A stretch of DNA of 64,000 bases from Alphaproteobacteria bacterium (GCA_965221125.1 CBDCRW010000003.1:1-64000), one strand, 5' to 3'. Positions 38,599 to 48,803 are shown, counted from the first letter of the stretch. Notes: generated from the sequence alone by a model not told the origin. Program-made: numbers and translations.

Positions 38599-39435
38599 AT
38601 GACCCGGCCGCCAACCGGGACGGTGGAGATCGCGAAACGCTATCCCTTCCCGCGGCCGGGATACTCGTTTCTCTACGTGGACGGCGAGGCGCTGCCCCTC
38701 CTCTCCCTCGGCGAGTCGCTGGAGGATGCCGAGATCGAGGTCGACGGGCGATCCGTGCCGGCCGGTTCGTTGATGCGCCAACGAGGGATTGCCACGCCGG
38801 CGCCAATGAGTTTACGCACATCCGTCCTCGCCTACGGCGCCAACGCCGCGCCCGAGCGGCTGCGGCGGAAGTTCGCGCCCATCGGCCAGGCGGTCTTCCC
38901 GGTGCTGCAGGCGCGGCTGCACGATTTCGACGTCGTCCACGCCGCCCATATCTCGAGCTACGGCGCGGTGCCGGCCACCATCGAATACGCGCCCGGCACG
39001 GTGTGTGACATCGCCATCACCTGCCTCGACGAGCGCGAGCTCGCCCGCATGCACGAGACCGAGTTCCGCCGGCACACGTACCTGTTCGGCCTGCTGAGCA
39101 ACGTCAAGCTGGAGCCCGACCTGCTGCCGGCCATGGATTGGGTGAGCACCTACGTCGGCGGGTTCGGCCATATCGCGCCGGAGGGGGAGCCACTTGCGCT
39201 CGCCGCCATTCGAGCCGAGGGGCGGCGCTTCCGCACCTGCTCGCAGACGGAGGCGCTGGAGACGGTTCAGGCCATGCTGGGCGTGCCGGGGCCGCTGGAT
39301 GCGTTCGTTCAAGCGGCGATCGACGACGATGCGGTCAGGCGCGCACGCACGGAACGCCTCAGGGCGCAGGCGCAGCCCTTCTCCTACGGCGACTTTGCGT
39401 CCGTCGCGCCGGAGGCGCGCGACATCAAAGAATAG
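38599..39435 (+). CDS. Hypothetical protein, possible gamma-glutamylcyclotransferase-like fold
   Basis: VLAYGANAAPERL and YGAVPATI motifs; GC-rich codon use. Confidence 0.6.
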   Translation: MTRPPTGTVEIAKRYPFPRPGYSFLYVDGEALPLLSLGESLEDAEIEVDGRSVPAGSLMRQRGIATPAPMSLRTSVLAYGANAAPERLRRKFAPIGQAVFPVLQARLHDFDVVHAAHISSYGAVPATIEYAPGTVCDIAITCLDERELARMHETEFRRHTYLFGLLSNVKLEPDLLPAMDWVSTYVGGFGHIAPEGEPLALAAIRAEGRRFRTCSQTEALETVQAMLGVPGPLDAFVQAAIDDDAVRRARTERLRAQAQPFSYGDFASVAPEARDIKE

Positions 39436-39451
39436 TCGATCGCCGTGACAG

Positions 39452-40387
39452 TCAGCCGAGCGCCTGCGCGGCGACGATTCCGGCGAAGAGCGCAAGGCCG
39501 ACCAGGCTGTTGTTCTTGAACTTGGCCAGGCAGTCGGCGGGGCTGTCGATCCGCACGCGCAGTGCCTGCCAGGCGAGCAGCAACGCCGCCACCGCCACGC
39601 CCGCGTAGTAGGGCCAGGCCACGGCCGCGGCGGCTCCGGCGCCGGCAAAGCCCGCCACGGCGATCACGTAGAACGCGATCAGGAAGGGCCGCGTCCGCTG
39701 GCCGAGCGCGATGGCGCTGGATTTCACCCCGATCAGGAGGTCGTCCTCCTTGTCCTGATGCGCGTAGATCGTGTCGTAGCCCAGGGTCCAGGCGATGCCG
39801 CCGACGTAGAGCAGCCCCGCCGGCCAGCCGATTCCGCCCTCCACCGCGGCCCAGCCAAGCAGCGCGCCGTAGTTGAAAGTGATGCCGAGAAATGCCTGCG
39901 GCCAGTAGGTGATGCGCTTCATCAGCGGGTAGAGAACCACCAGCAGCAGCGACGCCGCGCCGAGCACGACCGCGAACAGGTTGAACTGCAGGAGGATGGC
40001 GAGGCCCGCGCCGAGCAGCACCGCCATGAAGGCGACGGCGCCCTTCAGCCCGATGGCGCCGGAGGCCAGCGGGCGCCGGCGGGTGCGCTCCACGCGGGCG
40101 TCGAAGTCGCGGTCGAAGATGTCGTTCAGCGTGCAGCCGGCGGCCCGCATCACGAACGCGCCGACGGTGAAGAGAACCAGTATCTCCAGACTCGGCAGGC
40201 CGTCCGAGGCGAGCCCAATGGCCCAGAGGCAGGGCCAGAGCAGGAGCCACACGCCCACCGGCTGGTCCAGCCTGGCCAGCGCGACGAAGGGGCGCGCGAA
40301 AGGCGGCATCGCCCGCTCGATCGGCCCAGGCCCTCCGGCTCCACGCCCGGCGGGCGATTCGGCCGCGTTGTGCAGGCGCTCGACCAT
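39452..40387 (-). CDS. ubiA: 4-hydroxybenzoate polyprenyltransferase
   Basis: ARLDQPVG, GCTLNDIFDRDFD, YDTIYAHQDKEDD. Confidence 0.96.
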   Translation of the reverse strand: MVERLHNAAESPAGRGAGGPGPIERAMPPFARPFVALARLDQPVGVWLLLWPCLWAIGLASDGLPSLEILVLFTVGAFVMRAAGCTLNDIFDRDFDARVERTRRRPLASGAIGLKGAVAFMAVLLGAGLAILLQFNLFAVVLGAASLLLVVLYPLMKRITYWPQAFLGITFNYGALLGWAAVEGGIGWPAGLLYVGGIAWTLGYDTIYAHQDKEDDLLIGVKSSAIALGQRTRPFLIAFYVIAVAGFAGAGAAAAVAWPYYAGVAVAALLLAWQALRVRIDSPADCLAKFKNNSLVGLALFAGIVAAQALG

Positions 40388-40410
40388 GGCCGCTGGTGTA
40401 TCGTGGCGCC

Positions 40411-41193
40411 ATGACAGTGACAAGCGGAGAGCCGCAAGTGGACGGGCCGGAGCGCGAGCATGAAGACGGCCGGCCCACGATCCGGCTCTTCGTCGAGGAC
40501 GCGCTCGAATCGGGCGCGACGCTCGCGCTCGGGCCAGGGCAGATCCACTACCTCCGCAACGTGATGCGCCGGGCGCCGGGCGACCGAGTCCGCCTCTTCA
40601 ACGGACGCGACGGGGAGTGGGAGGGCATCGTCGAGAGCATCGCGCCCCGCCGTGCCACCGTTCGCCTCGGCATGCAAACCGCAGAGCAAACGCCGGCGCC
40701 CGACGTGCGGCTCCTCTTCGCGCCGCTCAAGGCGACCCGCACCCGCTTCGTGGTGGAGAAGGCGACGGAGCTGGGGGCAGGCCGCATCCACCCGATCCTC
40801 ACCCGGCATGGCCAGACTGCGCGCGTCAATGTCGAGCGGCTCCGCGGCCACGCCATCGAGGCGGCGGAGCAGTGCGGCCGCCTGGACGTGCCGGCGATTG
40901 CGCCCCCCTGCCCCCTCACAGAGGCGCTTGCCGCCTGGCCGCCGGAACGCCGACTGCTGGTATGCGATCCCGATGCCGAGTCGTCGATCGCCGAGGCGTT
41001 GGCCGGCGCGCCGGCAGCGTCCTGGGCGATCCTGATCGGGCCGGAAGGCGGCTTCGCGCCCGACGAGCGCCGCTTGCTCGCCGACCATCCGGCAGCCGTG
41101 CGCGCCCGCCTCGGCCCGCGCATCTTGCGCGCTGAGACCGCCGTCGCGGCCGCCCTCGCCTGCTGGCAGGCTCTCGCGGGCGACTGGCGATGA
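40411..41193 (+). CDS. rsmE: 16S rRNA m3U1498 methyltransferase
   Basis: HYLRNVMR, EKATELG, EAAEQC, IGPEGG, LGPRILRAETA. Confidence 0.96.
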   Translation: MTVTSGEPQVDGPEREHEDGRPTIRLFVEDALESGATLALGPGQIHYLRNVMRRAPGDRVRLFNGRDGEWEGIVESIAPRRATVRLGMQTAEQTPAPDVRLLFAPLKATRTRFVVEKATELGAGRIHPILTRHGQTARVNVERLRGHAIEAAEQCGRLDVPAIAPPCPLTEALAAWPPERRLLVCDPDAESSIAEALAGAPAASWAILIGPEGGFAPDERRLLADHPAAVRARLGPRILRAETAVAAALACWQALAGDWR

Positions 41194-41311
41194 GGCCGCG
41201 CGGCGCAAGACACAGACCTGCCATGTCCCGGTTCGCAGTCCGACAAGCTGGACAGCGGCGCCCGAATAGGGGAAACCCCGCACAGCTTTGACGCGAGAGT
41301 TGGGAGGGGGC

Positions 41312-42673
41312 GTGAACGACAGCGCCACCAGGCAAGGCGAGGCGCTCACCCGCCGCGACCTGATCGAGTACCTCGAATCCGGCTGCAAGCCGCGCTCCGC
41401 GTGGCGCATCGGCACGGAGCACGAGAAATTCGGCCACCGCCTCGCGGACCATGCGCCGCTCCCCTACGACGGACCGTGGGGTATCCGCGCGCTTCTGGAA
41501 GGGCTGCAGCGCTACGGCTGGACCCCGTACCTGGAGAACGGCAACCCCATCGCCCTCCTCAAGGACGGACAGTCGGTGACGCTGGAGCCGGGCGGCCAGC
41601 TTGAGCTTTCGGGCGCCCCGCTCCACAACCTGCACCGCACCTGCGACGAGGTGCACGCGCATCTCGATCAGGTGCGCACGGTCTCCGGGGAGCTGGGCAT
41701 CGGCTTCTACGGCGTGGGCTTCCGCCCCGACGCGCCGCGCGACGCGATCCCCTGGATGCCCAAGGGCCGCTACAAGATCATGCGCCGCTACATGCCGACG
41801 CGCGGCAGCCTCGGCCTCGACATGATGACGCGCACCTGCACCGTGCAGGTCAATCTCGACTTCGACTCGGAAACCGACATGGTGCGCAAGATGCGCGTCG
41901 CCATGGCCCTGCAGCCGGTCGCGACTGCGCTCTTCGCCAACTCGCCCTTCGTCGAGCGCAAGCCCAGCGGCTTCCGCAGCTACCGGAGCCATGTCTGGAC
42001 CGATACGGACCCCGATCGCTGCGGCCTTCTCGGCTTCGTTTTCGAGCCCGGCATGGGGTTCGAGCGCTACGCCGATTACGTGCTCGACGTGCCCATGTAC
42101 TTCGTGGCGCGCGACGGCGGCTACGTCGACGTGGCGGGCGAATCGTTCCGCGACTTCCTCGACGGCGCCCTGCCCCAGCTCCCCGGCGAGCGGCCGACCA
42201 TGAAGGACTGGGAGGATCACCTGACCACGGTGTTCCCAGAGGTGCGCCTCAAGACGTTCATCGAGATGCGCGGCACCGACAGCGGGCCGTGGGGCAAGAT
42301 CTGCTCGCTGCCGGCGCTCTGGGTCGGCCTGCTCTACGATTCGACGGCGCTCAACGAGGCCGAGGCGCTCATCGCCTCCTGGTCGGCCGACGATGTCGCG
42401 GCATTGCACCGCGCCGCGCCGCGGGAGGCGCTGGGCGCCAGCATCGGCGGGCGGACGGCCCAGGAGGTGGCGCGCGATGCCGTGGAGATCGCGGCCGGGG
42501 GCCTGAAGCGCCGCGCCGTCGCCGGCAATCTCGACGTGGACGAACGCTCCTACATCACCTACCTGCGCCAGATCGCGGAAACCGGGCGGACCGCCGCCGA
42601 CGACATGCTGGAGGCCTACGAGGGCCGCTGGGGCCGCAGCATCGAGCCGCTCTTCGAGGAATACGCCTATTAG
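41312..42673 (+). CDS. gshA: Glutamate-cysteine ligase (alphaproteobacterial/plant type)
   Basis: WRIGTEHEKF, LEPGGQLELSG, CTVQVNLD, FPEVRLK. Confidence 0.95.
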   Translation: MNDSATRQGEALTRRDLIEYLESGCKPRSAWRIGTEHEKFGHRLADHAPLPYDGPWGIRALLEGLQRYGWTPYLENGNPIALLKDGQSVTLEPGGQLELSGAPLHNLHRTCDEVHAHLDQVRTVSGELGIGFYGVGFRPDAPRDAIPWMPKGRYKIMRRYMPTRGSLGLDMMTRTCTVQVNLDFDSETDMVRKMRVAMALQPVATALFANSPFVERKPSGFRSYRSHVWTDTDPDRCGLLGFVFEPGMGFERYADYVLDVPMYFVARDGGYVDVAGESFRDFLDGALPQLPGERPTMKDWEDHLTTVFPEVRLKTFIEMRGTDSGPWGKICSLPALWVGLLYDSTALNEAEALIASWSADDVAALHRAAPREALGASIGGRTAQEVARDAVEIAAGGLKRRAVAGNLDVDERSYITYLRQIAETGRTAADDMLEAYEGRWGRSIEPLFEEYAY

Positions 42674-43877
42674 CGCAGAGGGCACACCCCCGACCGGCGG
42701 CATCGCCTACCGCATCAACCCGGCCGTCCGCGCCGTCATCCCGCCGCCCATCGCCGCGATTGCGCGTCTCGCAGCGGGCCGCGACTTTCCCCCCGACAAG
42801 CCGCTGCTCGACCTGGCCCAGGCAGTGCCGGCCTACCCGCCGGCGGAGGCGCTGACCGCCCATCTCGCGAGCGTCATCCGCAAGCCGGAGATGGCGCGCT
42901 ATACCCCGATCGTCGGCCGGGACGATCTTCGCCATGCGCTCGCGGCGGCGCTCAGCGAAACCTACGGCGGCCGGGTCGCGCCCGATCAGATCGCGATCAC
43001 GGCGGGCTGCAACCAGGCCTTCTGCCTCGCGCTCATGGCGCTTGCCGGGCCGGGCGACGAGGCGATCCTGGCCGGGCCCTCGTACTTCAACTATCAGATG
43101 TGGCTGGAGATGCTGGGCGTCTCGCCCGTCTACCTTCCCTTCCGCCCGGAGCGCGGCGGCGTGCCGGACCCGGCGGACGCACGCGCATGGATCACGCCAC
43201 GTACGCGGGCCATCGTGCTCGTGACGCCCAACAACCCCACGGGCGCCATATACCCGCCGGAGACCATCGACGGCTTCCATCGCCTGGCGCGCGAGGCCGG
43301 CGTGGCGCTGGTGCTCGACGAGACCTACCGCGACTTCCTGCCGGGCGACGGCCCGCCCCACGGCCTGTTCGCGCGCTCCGATTGGGACGAGACGCTGGTC
43401 CACCTCTACAGCTTCTCCAAGGTCTACAGCCTCACCGGCTATCGCGTCGGCGCCCTCGTCGCGGGAAGCGGTCTTCTCGCCGAGGTCGCCAAGGCCGCCG
43501 ACTGCGTCGCAATCTGCGCGCCCGCCATCGCGCAGGAGGCGGCGCTCTACGGCCTTCGCAACCTCGCGGATTTCCGGGCCGAGAAGCGGCGCCTCGTGCT
43601 GGAGCGCGTCACGCAGTTCCGTGCCGTCTTCGAGCGTCGGGACCTGGGCTACGAGCTGATCTGCGCTGGCGCGTTCTTTGCCTACGTGCGCCACCCCTTC
43701 GCCGGCACGCCGGCCGTCGACGTCGCCCACCGGCTCATCCAGGAAGAGAACGTGCTCTGCCTGCCCGGTAGCGCCTTCGGCCCGGACCAGGAGAATTATC
43801 TGCGCTTCGCTCTCGCGAACATCGACGGCGCCGCGATGGTGGCGCTCGGCGACCGTCTGGTCGCCAGCCAGAAATAG
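42669..43877 (+). CDS. Class I/II PLP aminotransferase, probable non-canonical ATT start
   Basis: VTPNNPTG, DETYRDF, SFSKVYSLTGYRVG; family-like N-terminus extends ~50 codons upstream of the first GTG (42825). Confidence 0.88.
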   Translation: MSAEGTPPTGGIAYRINPAVRAVIPPPIAAIARLAAGRDFPPDKPLLDLAQAVPAYPPAEALTAHLASVIRKPEMARYTPIVGRDDLRHALAAALSETYGGRVAPDQIAITAGCNQAFCLALMALAGPGDEAILAGPSYFNYQMWLEMLGVSPVYLPFRPERGGVPDPADARAWITPRTRAIVLVTPNNPTGAIYPPETIDGFHRLAREAGVALVLDETYRDFLPGDGPPHGLFARSDWDETLVHLYSFSKVYSLTGYRVGALVAGSGLLAEVAKAADCVAICAPAIAQEAALYGLRNLADFRAEKRRLVLERVTQFRAVFERRDLGYELICAGAFFAYVRHPFAGTPAVDVAHRLIQEENVLCLPGSAFGPDQENYLRFALANIDGAAMVALGDRLVASQK

Positions 43878-43882
43878 TCAGG

Positions 43883-45016
43883 TTAGGGCGCGACCTCGGT
43901 CTGCGCTTCGGTGAAGCGGCCGATATCGAAGCCCTCGATCGGCGTCTCGGTGCGGCCGTCGAGAGCAAGCTCCGCCGCCACCGCGCCGGACGCCGGGCCC
44001 AGGCAGAAGCCGTGACCGCTGAAGCCGAAGGCGTGCACCAGGCCGGGCGTGGTGCGGCTCGGGCAGAGCACCGGCAGGTGGTCCCGCGTGCAGCCCTCGA
44101 CCCCGCTCCAGAAGCGGATCACGGCGAGGTCTGCGATACGGGGGATGATCTCGATCGTTCGCGCCAGCGTGGTGAGGTTCTCCTCGGCGTTGACCTTGCC
44201 GAAGCCGACATCGAGATCGGCGGTGCCGCTGCGCCCGCCGAAGATCACGTTGCCGCGCGGGATCTGGCGGGCATAGACGTCGCCACCCACCACGGCGAGC
44301 ACGGGCTCCATGAAATAGGGCGCGGGCTCGGTGACGACCATCTGCGGCTCCATCGGCCAGATCTCGACCGGCTCGCCGAAGCGCGCCGAAAGCCGCCCGC
44401 CCCATGCGCCCGAGCTGTTGATCAGCGTGTCCCCACGCAGCGTGCGGCCCGACTCGGTCTCAACCGCGAAGCTCGCGCCGTCGCGCTCCACGTGCTTCGC
44501 GCCGTCATGCTCGATCAGCACCGCGCCCGCCGCCCGCGCCGCGCGGGCGAAGGCGGGGCCGACGAGGCGCGGATTGGCCTGCCCATCACTCGCGCAATAG
44601 GCGGCGCCGAGGGCGCTCGGGCCGAGCCAGGGGTAGCGGTCGCGCAGCGTGTTCCGGCCCAGCATCTGGACCTCGACCCCGTACTCGGATTGCGCTTCGG
44701 CATGGGCCGCGATCTGGTCCATGTCCTCGTCGCTGCGCGCGACCTTGATGTTGCCCGTGACCTCGTACTCGCAGTCGCTGCCGACGAGCTCCGGCAGGCG
44801 CTGCCAGATCGCGATCGCGCGGGCGGCGATGGGAAGCTCGGCGAGCTTGCGCCCGTTGCGCCGCACGCCGCCGAAATTGACGCCGCTCGCCGCGGCGCCG
44901 AGCTGGTTCTTCTCCACGACCGCGACGCTCGCGCCACGCTCACGCAGGCAGAGCGCCGCAGCGCAGCCGACCAGGCCGCCGCCGACGATGACCACGTCGG
45001 TTCGCGAATCGCTCAT
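43883..45016 (-). CDS. FAD-dependent oxidoreductase (HcnC/OoxB-like)
   Basis: VGGGLVG, ASGVNFGGVR, GQANPRL, FGFSGHGF. Confidence 0.88.
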   Translation of the reverse strand: MSDSRTDVVIVGGGLVGCAAALCLRERGASVAVVEKNQLGAAASGVNFGGVRRNGRKLAELPIAARAIAIWQRLPELVGSDCEYEVTGNIKVARSDEDMDQIAAHAEAQSEYGVEVQMLGRNTLRDRYPWLGPSALGAAYCASDGQANPRLVGPAFARAARAAGAVLIEHDGAKHVERDGASFAVETESGRTLRGDTLINSSGAWGGRLSARFGEPVEIWPMEPQMVVTEPAPYFMEPVLAVVGGDVYARQIPRGNVIFGGRSGTADLDVGFGKVNAEENLTTLARTIEIIPRIADLAVIRFWSGVEGCTRDHLPVLCPSRTTPGLVHAFGFSGHGFCLGPASGAVAAELALDGRTETPIEGFDIGRFTEAQTEVAP

Positions 45017-46416
45017 ATCGAGGCCGCCCGCGAGCGTTCCTCGACCGCTGCCTCCGCGCCTGCACGGATGGAGAGCGGCTTGACCGGGGCCTGGCCCCGC
45101 AGGCGGCCCACCTCCTCCACCGCGCACCCGCGCGCGTCCGCGAGGATCTGAGCGGCAGCCAGGCCGCACACACGGCCTTGGCAGCGGCCCATGCCGACGC
45201 GGGTGAACGCCTTGGCCCGGTTCATCTCCGCCGGCGACAGGGCGCGGCCCTCACGGATGTCGCCGGCCGTGATCGCCTCGCAGCGGCAGACGACGGTCTC
45301 GTCCGGCAGCGCTCGCGCCAGGTGGAAGGGCGCCGGCAGCGCCCGCTCCAGCGCGTTGCGGAAGCGCATGATGCGCCGCAGCTTCGCCCGCAGCCTCGCC
45401 CGCTGCGCGCGCTCCACCGCGATGTCGTGGTCGGCGAGCAGAGCCAGCGCGGCGAGCCGGCCGCGCAGCTCCGCCGCATCGGCGCCGGCGACCCCGGCCC
45501 CATCGCCCGCAAGGTAGACGGAGCCCGTGAGCGCGCGGCCGTCCTCGTCGGCCTGGGGCAGCCATTGCTGCGCCAGCGGGTCGAACGCCATCTCGCAGCC
45601 GGCAAGCTCGGCAAGCTGCACCTCGGACTTCACGCTGTAGCCGATACCGAGTCCGGTGCAGGCGACTCGGTGCTCGCGTCCGCGCCGGTCCCGGTAGCGC
45701 ACGGCCTCCAGGGCGGAGTCGCCCTCGGCGGCGACGGGCATGATGCCGGCCCGCACCGCTAACCCCGCCGCCCTGAGCCAGGTCATGTACCAGACCCCCT
45801 TGGCGAAGGTCCGCCCGCCCGAGAGCAGACCCGGAATCACCGGGATCGCCTGGCTCATGCGGGAGGTGTCGAGCACCGCCGCCACGCGCGCGCCCGCGTG
45901 GACGTACTGGTAGGCGACGAGGTAGAGCAGCGGCCCGGTGCCCATGAAGACGACCGGATCGCCGATGGCACAGCCCTGCGCCTTCAACGCGACCTGGGAG
46001 CCGCCCATGGTGAAGACGCCGGGGAGCGTCCAGCCCGGAAACGGGATGACCCGATCCATGGCGCCGGTGGCGAGGATGATCGCGTCGAACGCGATCCGCT
46101 CGATGCCGTCCGGGCCGAGCGTCTGGGCGACGCCACCCTCGATGTTCCAGATCAACGTGTCGGGGCGATAATCGATCCGCCCCCGCATGCCGTCGAGCGC
46201 GGCATGCACGGCTTGCGCCTTGCCCGCCTCGAAGCCGTAGAGCTTGGCGGCAGGTCTCCGGAACCCTTCCGGCGGCCGGCGATAGATCTGGCCGCCGCTG
46301 CGTGCGCCCTCATCGACGACGATCGGCGCGATGCCGTGACTGACGAGCGTTTCGGCCGCCCGCGTTCCCGCCGGACCGGCGCCGACGATCAGCACGGTGG
46401 GATTGCCGCCGCTCAT
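45013..46416 (-). CDS. FAD/NAD oxidoreductase with BFD-like Fe-S tail (HcnB/OoxA-like)
   Basis: GAGPAG, GGQIYR, VVCRCE, GMGRCQGRVC. Confidence 0.88.
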   Translation of the reverse strand: MSGGNPTVLIVGAGPAGTRAAETLVSHGIAPIVVDEGARSGGQIYRRPPEGFRRPAAKLYGFEAGKAQAVHAALDGMRGRIDYRPDTLIWNIEGGVAQTLGPDGIERIAFDAIILATGAMDRVIPFPGWTLPGVFTMGGSQVALKAQGCAIGDPVVFMGTGPLLYLVAYQYVHAGARVAAVLDTSRMSQAIPVIPGLLSGGRTFAKGVWYMTWLRAAGLAVRAGIMPVAAEGDSALEAVRYRDRRGREHRVACTGLGIGYSVKSEVQLAELAGCEMAFDPLAQQWLPQADEDGRALTGSVYLAGDGAGVAGADAAELRGRLAALALLADHDIAVERAQRARLRAKLRRIMRFRNALERALPAPFHLARALPDETVVCRCEAITAGDIREGRALSPAEMNRAKAFTRVGMGRCQGRVCGLAAAQILADARGCAVEEVGRLRGQAPVKPLSIRAGAEAAVEERSRAASI

Positions 46417-46733
46417 GACCCGCCGTCGGGCGCGCAGACGCGCATGCCGTCCCGCACCTCCGTCGTGCACGCGCGGGCACGGCTCCCGTCCTCGAGCACG
46501 ACCCAGCAGTCCTGGCACGCGCCCATGTTGCAGAACCCGGCGCGCGGTCCGCCGTCGAACTCGTTGCGCCGAAGGGCGACGCCGTTGCAGAGAAGCGCGG
46601 TCAGGAGGGTATCGCCGGCAAGCGCGGCAAGCGGCCGCCCGCCGTGAAAAATCGTGACGCCCGGCCGGCCGGTCTCGGCCAGACGAACGAGGCGGCACCC
46701 AGCGCCCGACGGCTGTTCGGCAGGCTGCGACAT
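46413..46733 (-). CDS. 2Fe-2S subunit (HcnA-like)
   Basis: GDTLLTAL, FCNMGACQDC..RAC. Confidence 0.88.
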   Translation of the reverse strand: MSQPAEQPSGAGCRLVRLAETGRPGVTIFHGGRPLAALAGDTLLTALLCNGVALRRNEFDGGPRAGFCNMGACQDCWVVLEDGSRARACTTEVRDGMRVCAPDGGS

Positions 46734-46790
46734 GCGCCCGTGCTGACACGCCGCTCTGCGCGCGTCAAGAAAGGCGCGCGCCGCTGCCCC

Positions 46791-47954
46791 TCACACCGCC
46801 GGGCGACCCTCCGATTCCCGCCCGTAGACGCGCCCCTTCCACACGCTCCGCCGCCCGCCCCAGTCGCGCAGCGCCGAGTGCCAGGTCATGGCGAGGTACA
46901 ACGTGCCGATGAGCGGCAAAGCCAGCGACCAGGCGGGCGAGAGCCGGTAGTAGCGGAGGGTTGGCACGTAGCAGACCCACATGGCGACCAGCCCGGCGGC
47001 TGCCGCGATCCGTGCCGCAAGGGGTCCGGCCAGTCCCGCAATCGGCGCCCAGAATGCGAGCGCCATGAGCAGCGTGCAGAGCAGCAATAGCGCAGGCGAA
47101 TAGCGGAGCTGGGTGTAGGCGGTGCGGGCGACCATCTGCCACATCGCGCCCAGCGTCGGATAGGCCCGGTGACTCACCGCGCCGGAGGTGACGCCCACCC
47201 AGGTTCGCAACCCGGCGTCCTTCACCGCACGCGCCAGCGCGCAGTCGTCGATGAGCGCCCCCCGAATGGCGTCGAAGCCGCCGATCCTGTCGAGCGCGGC
47301 CGTTTCCATCAGTACGCAGCCGCCCGCCGCGGCGGCGACCCACCGGCTCGGCCTGTTCGCCAGGTGGAATGGATAGAGCAGGCGGAAGAAGAAGATGAAG
47401 GCGGGCAGCAGGAGCCGCTCCCAGCCTCTCTGCATGCGAAGCGCCGCCATGACCGAGACGAGCGCCGCGCCGCTTTCTTCCTTCCTGGCAAGCAGCGCCC
47501 GGATCATTCCGGGCCGGAGCGTGATATCGGCGTCCAGCAACAGGATCAGCGGCGTCTCGACGTGCCGGCGCCCCTGCTCCAGAGCCCACAGCTTGCCGGT
47601 CCAGCCGTCCGCCAGCGGCGCGCCGCTGTAGACGTCGAGGTTGAGCGACTCGGTGGCAGCACGGCGGGCGACCTCCGCCGTGCCGTCGCTGGAGCGGTCG
47701 TCGACCAGGATCACGCGAAGGCCCCGGCCCTGTCGACCGAGCGCCGCCAGAGTATCGCCGATGACCGCCGCCTCGTCCCGCGCCGGGATGAGAACGGTCA
47801 CGTCGGCGAGCCCGGTCTCCGCCCCGTCGCCCGCAGTCTCCGGCTCCAGCCGCTCCCGCACGCGCCAGGGCTGCCAGGGCAGCACGAGGATGCAGAGCCA
47901 GATTGCGGCGCCCGCCGCGGCGAGGCCGCTCCAGAGCATCATCGTACCGCTCAT
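46791..47954 (-). CDS. hpnB: GT2 glycosyltransferase, hopene-associated HpnB-like
   Basis: IPARDE, VDDRSSDGT, GWTGKLWAL, LIDDCALA, MVARTAYTQL, WKGR. Confidence 0.82.
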   Translation of the reverse strand: MSGTMMLWSGLAAAGAAIWLCILVLPWQPWRVRERLEPETAGDGAETGLADVTVLIPARDEAAVIGDTLAALGRQGRGLRVILVDDRSSDGTAEVARRAATESLNLDVYSGAPLADGWTGKLWALEQGRRHVETPLILLLDADITLRPGMIRALLARKEESGAALVSVMAALRMQRGWERLLLPAFIFFFRLLYPFHLANRPSRWVAAAAGGCVLMETAALDRIGGFDAIRGALIDDCALARAVKDAGLRTWVGVTSGAVSHRAYPTLGAMWQMVARTAYTQLRYSPALLLLCTLLMALAFWAPIAGLAGPLAARIAAAAGLVAMWVCYVPTLRYYRLSPAWSLALPLIGTLYLAMTWHSALRDWGGRRSVWKGRVYGRESEGRPAV

Positions 47955-48056
47955 CGGCGGGGTTCGCGCGCCGCCCTTGGGCGACGGCTCAGGAGGATTG
48001 CGCCCGTGCCGCAGCCGTCGCGATCGGCGCTGCAGAGACAGACAGACGCCGGCACA

Positions 48057-48479
48057 TCAAGTATCCCTGCGCTTGGTCAAGGTGACGATGTTCCGCCCGT
48101 CCTCGCGCCGGTAGCTGGCCTCGTCCATCAGCTGCAGCACGAGATAGACGCCGAGCCCGCCGATCGGACGTTCCGGTATCGGCGAATCGAGATCGGGCGG
48201 CGGCGCTTCGTTGAACGGATCATACGGCTTGCCGTCGTCAATGACCTCCATGGTGAGAGCGTCCTTCTCCGAAGTCAGCGTGATCTGGATATCGCTGTCC
48301 CCCTGCTCATCGTATCCGTACTTCACGATATTGGTGCCGATCTCCTCGAGCACGAGCTTGATCTGAAACACCAGCCCGGACTCCCAGCCTTCGGCCTCGG
48401 CCAACAGATCGACCGCCGTGTGAATGCGGTCGATCTCGTCAAGCCGGGCTTCCATATTGAGGGTAAGGTTCGCGCCCAC
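48057..48479 (-). CDS. Anti-sigma factor Ser/Thr kinase (RsbW-like HATPase)
   Basis: EEIGTNIVKYG, DDGKPYDP, GGLGVYLV. Confidence 0.9.
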   Translation of the reverse strand: MGANLTLNMEARLDEIDRIHTAVDLLAEAEGWESGLVFQIKLVLEEIGTNIVKYGYDEQGDSDIQITLTSEKDALTMEVIDDGKPYDPFNEAPPPDLDSPIPERPIGGLGVYLVLQLMDEASYRREDGRNIVTLTKRRDT

Positions 48480-48714
48480 TCTCTGGTCCTCGCTCGAATA
48501 GAGGCCATGCAGGCTACCGTCGCGTTGGCTGGAGCCAATCCCGCGTGGCCTACCGCGCCGCAGCCTGGCCGGCGCCCTATAGCAATGTCACGAGGCGCAG
48601 ACTCGTCGACGGCCGATGCAACACGCTGCTATACCTGCCCGCGCTTGGCAAGCACTCGTTCTTGCCGGGCAGGGACCGTGCCGTCGGAGAGGTGAAATCG
48701 TGGAGCAGGCAGGG

Positions 48715-48792
<78 letters not shown>

Positions 48793-48803
48793 GCCGCCGG
48801 CCT

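Noticed and set aside
48480-48714. Genomic island integrated at tRNA-His
   Set aside because: No integrase next to the tRNA and no duplicated tRNA 3' end noticed in the window.
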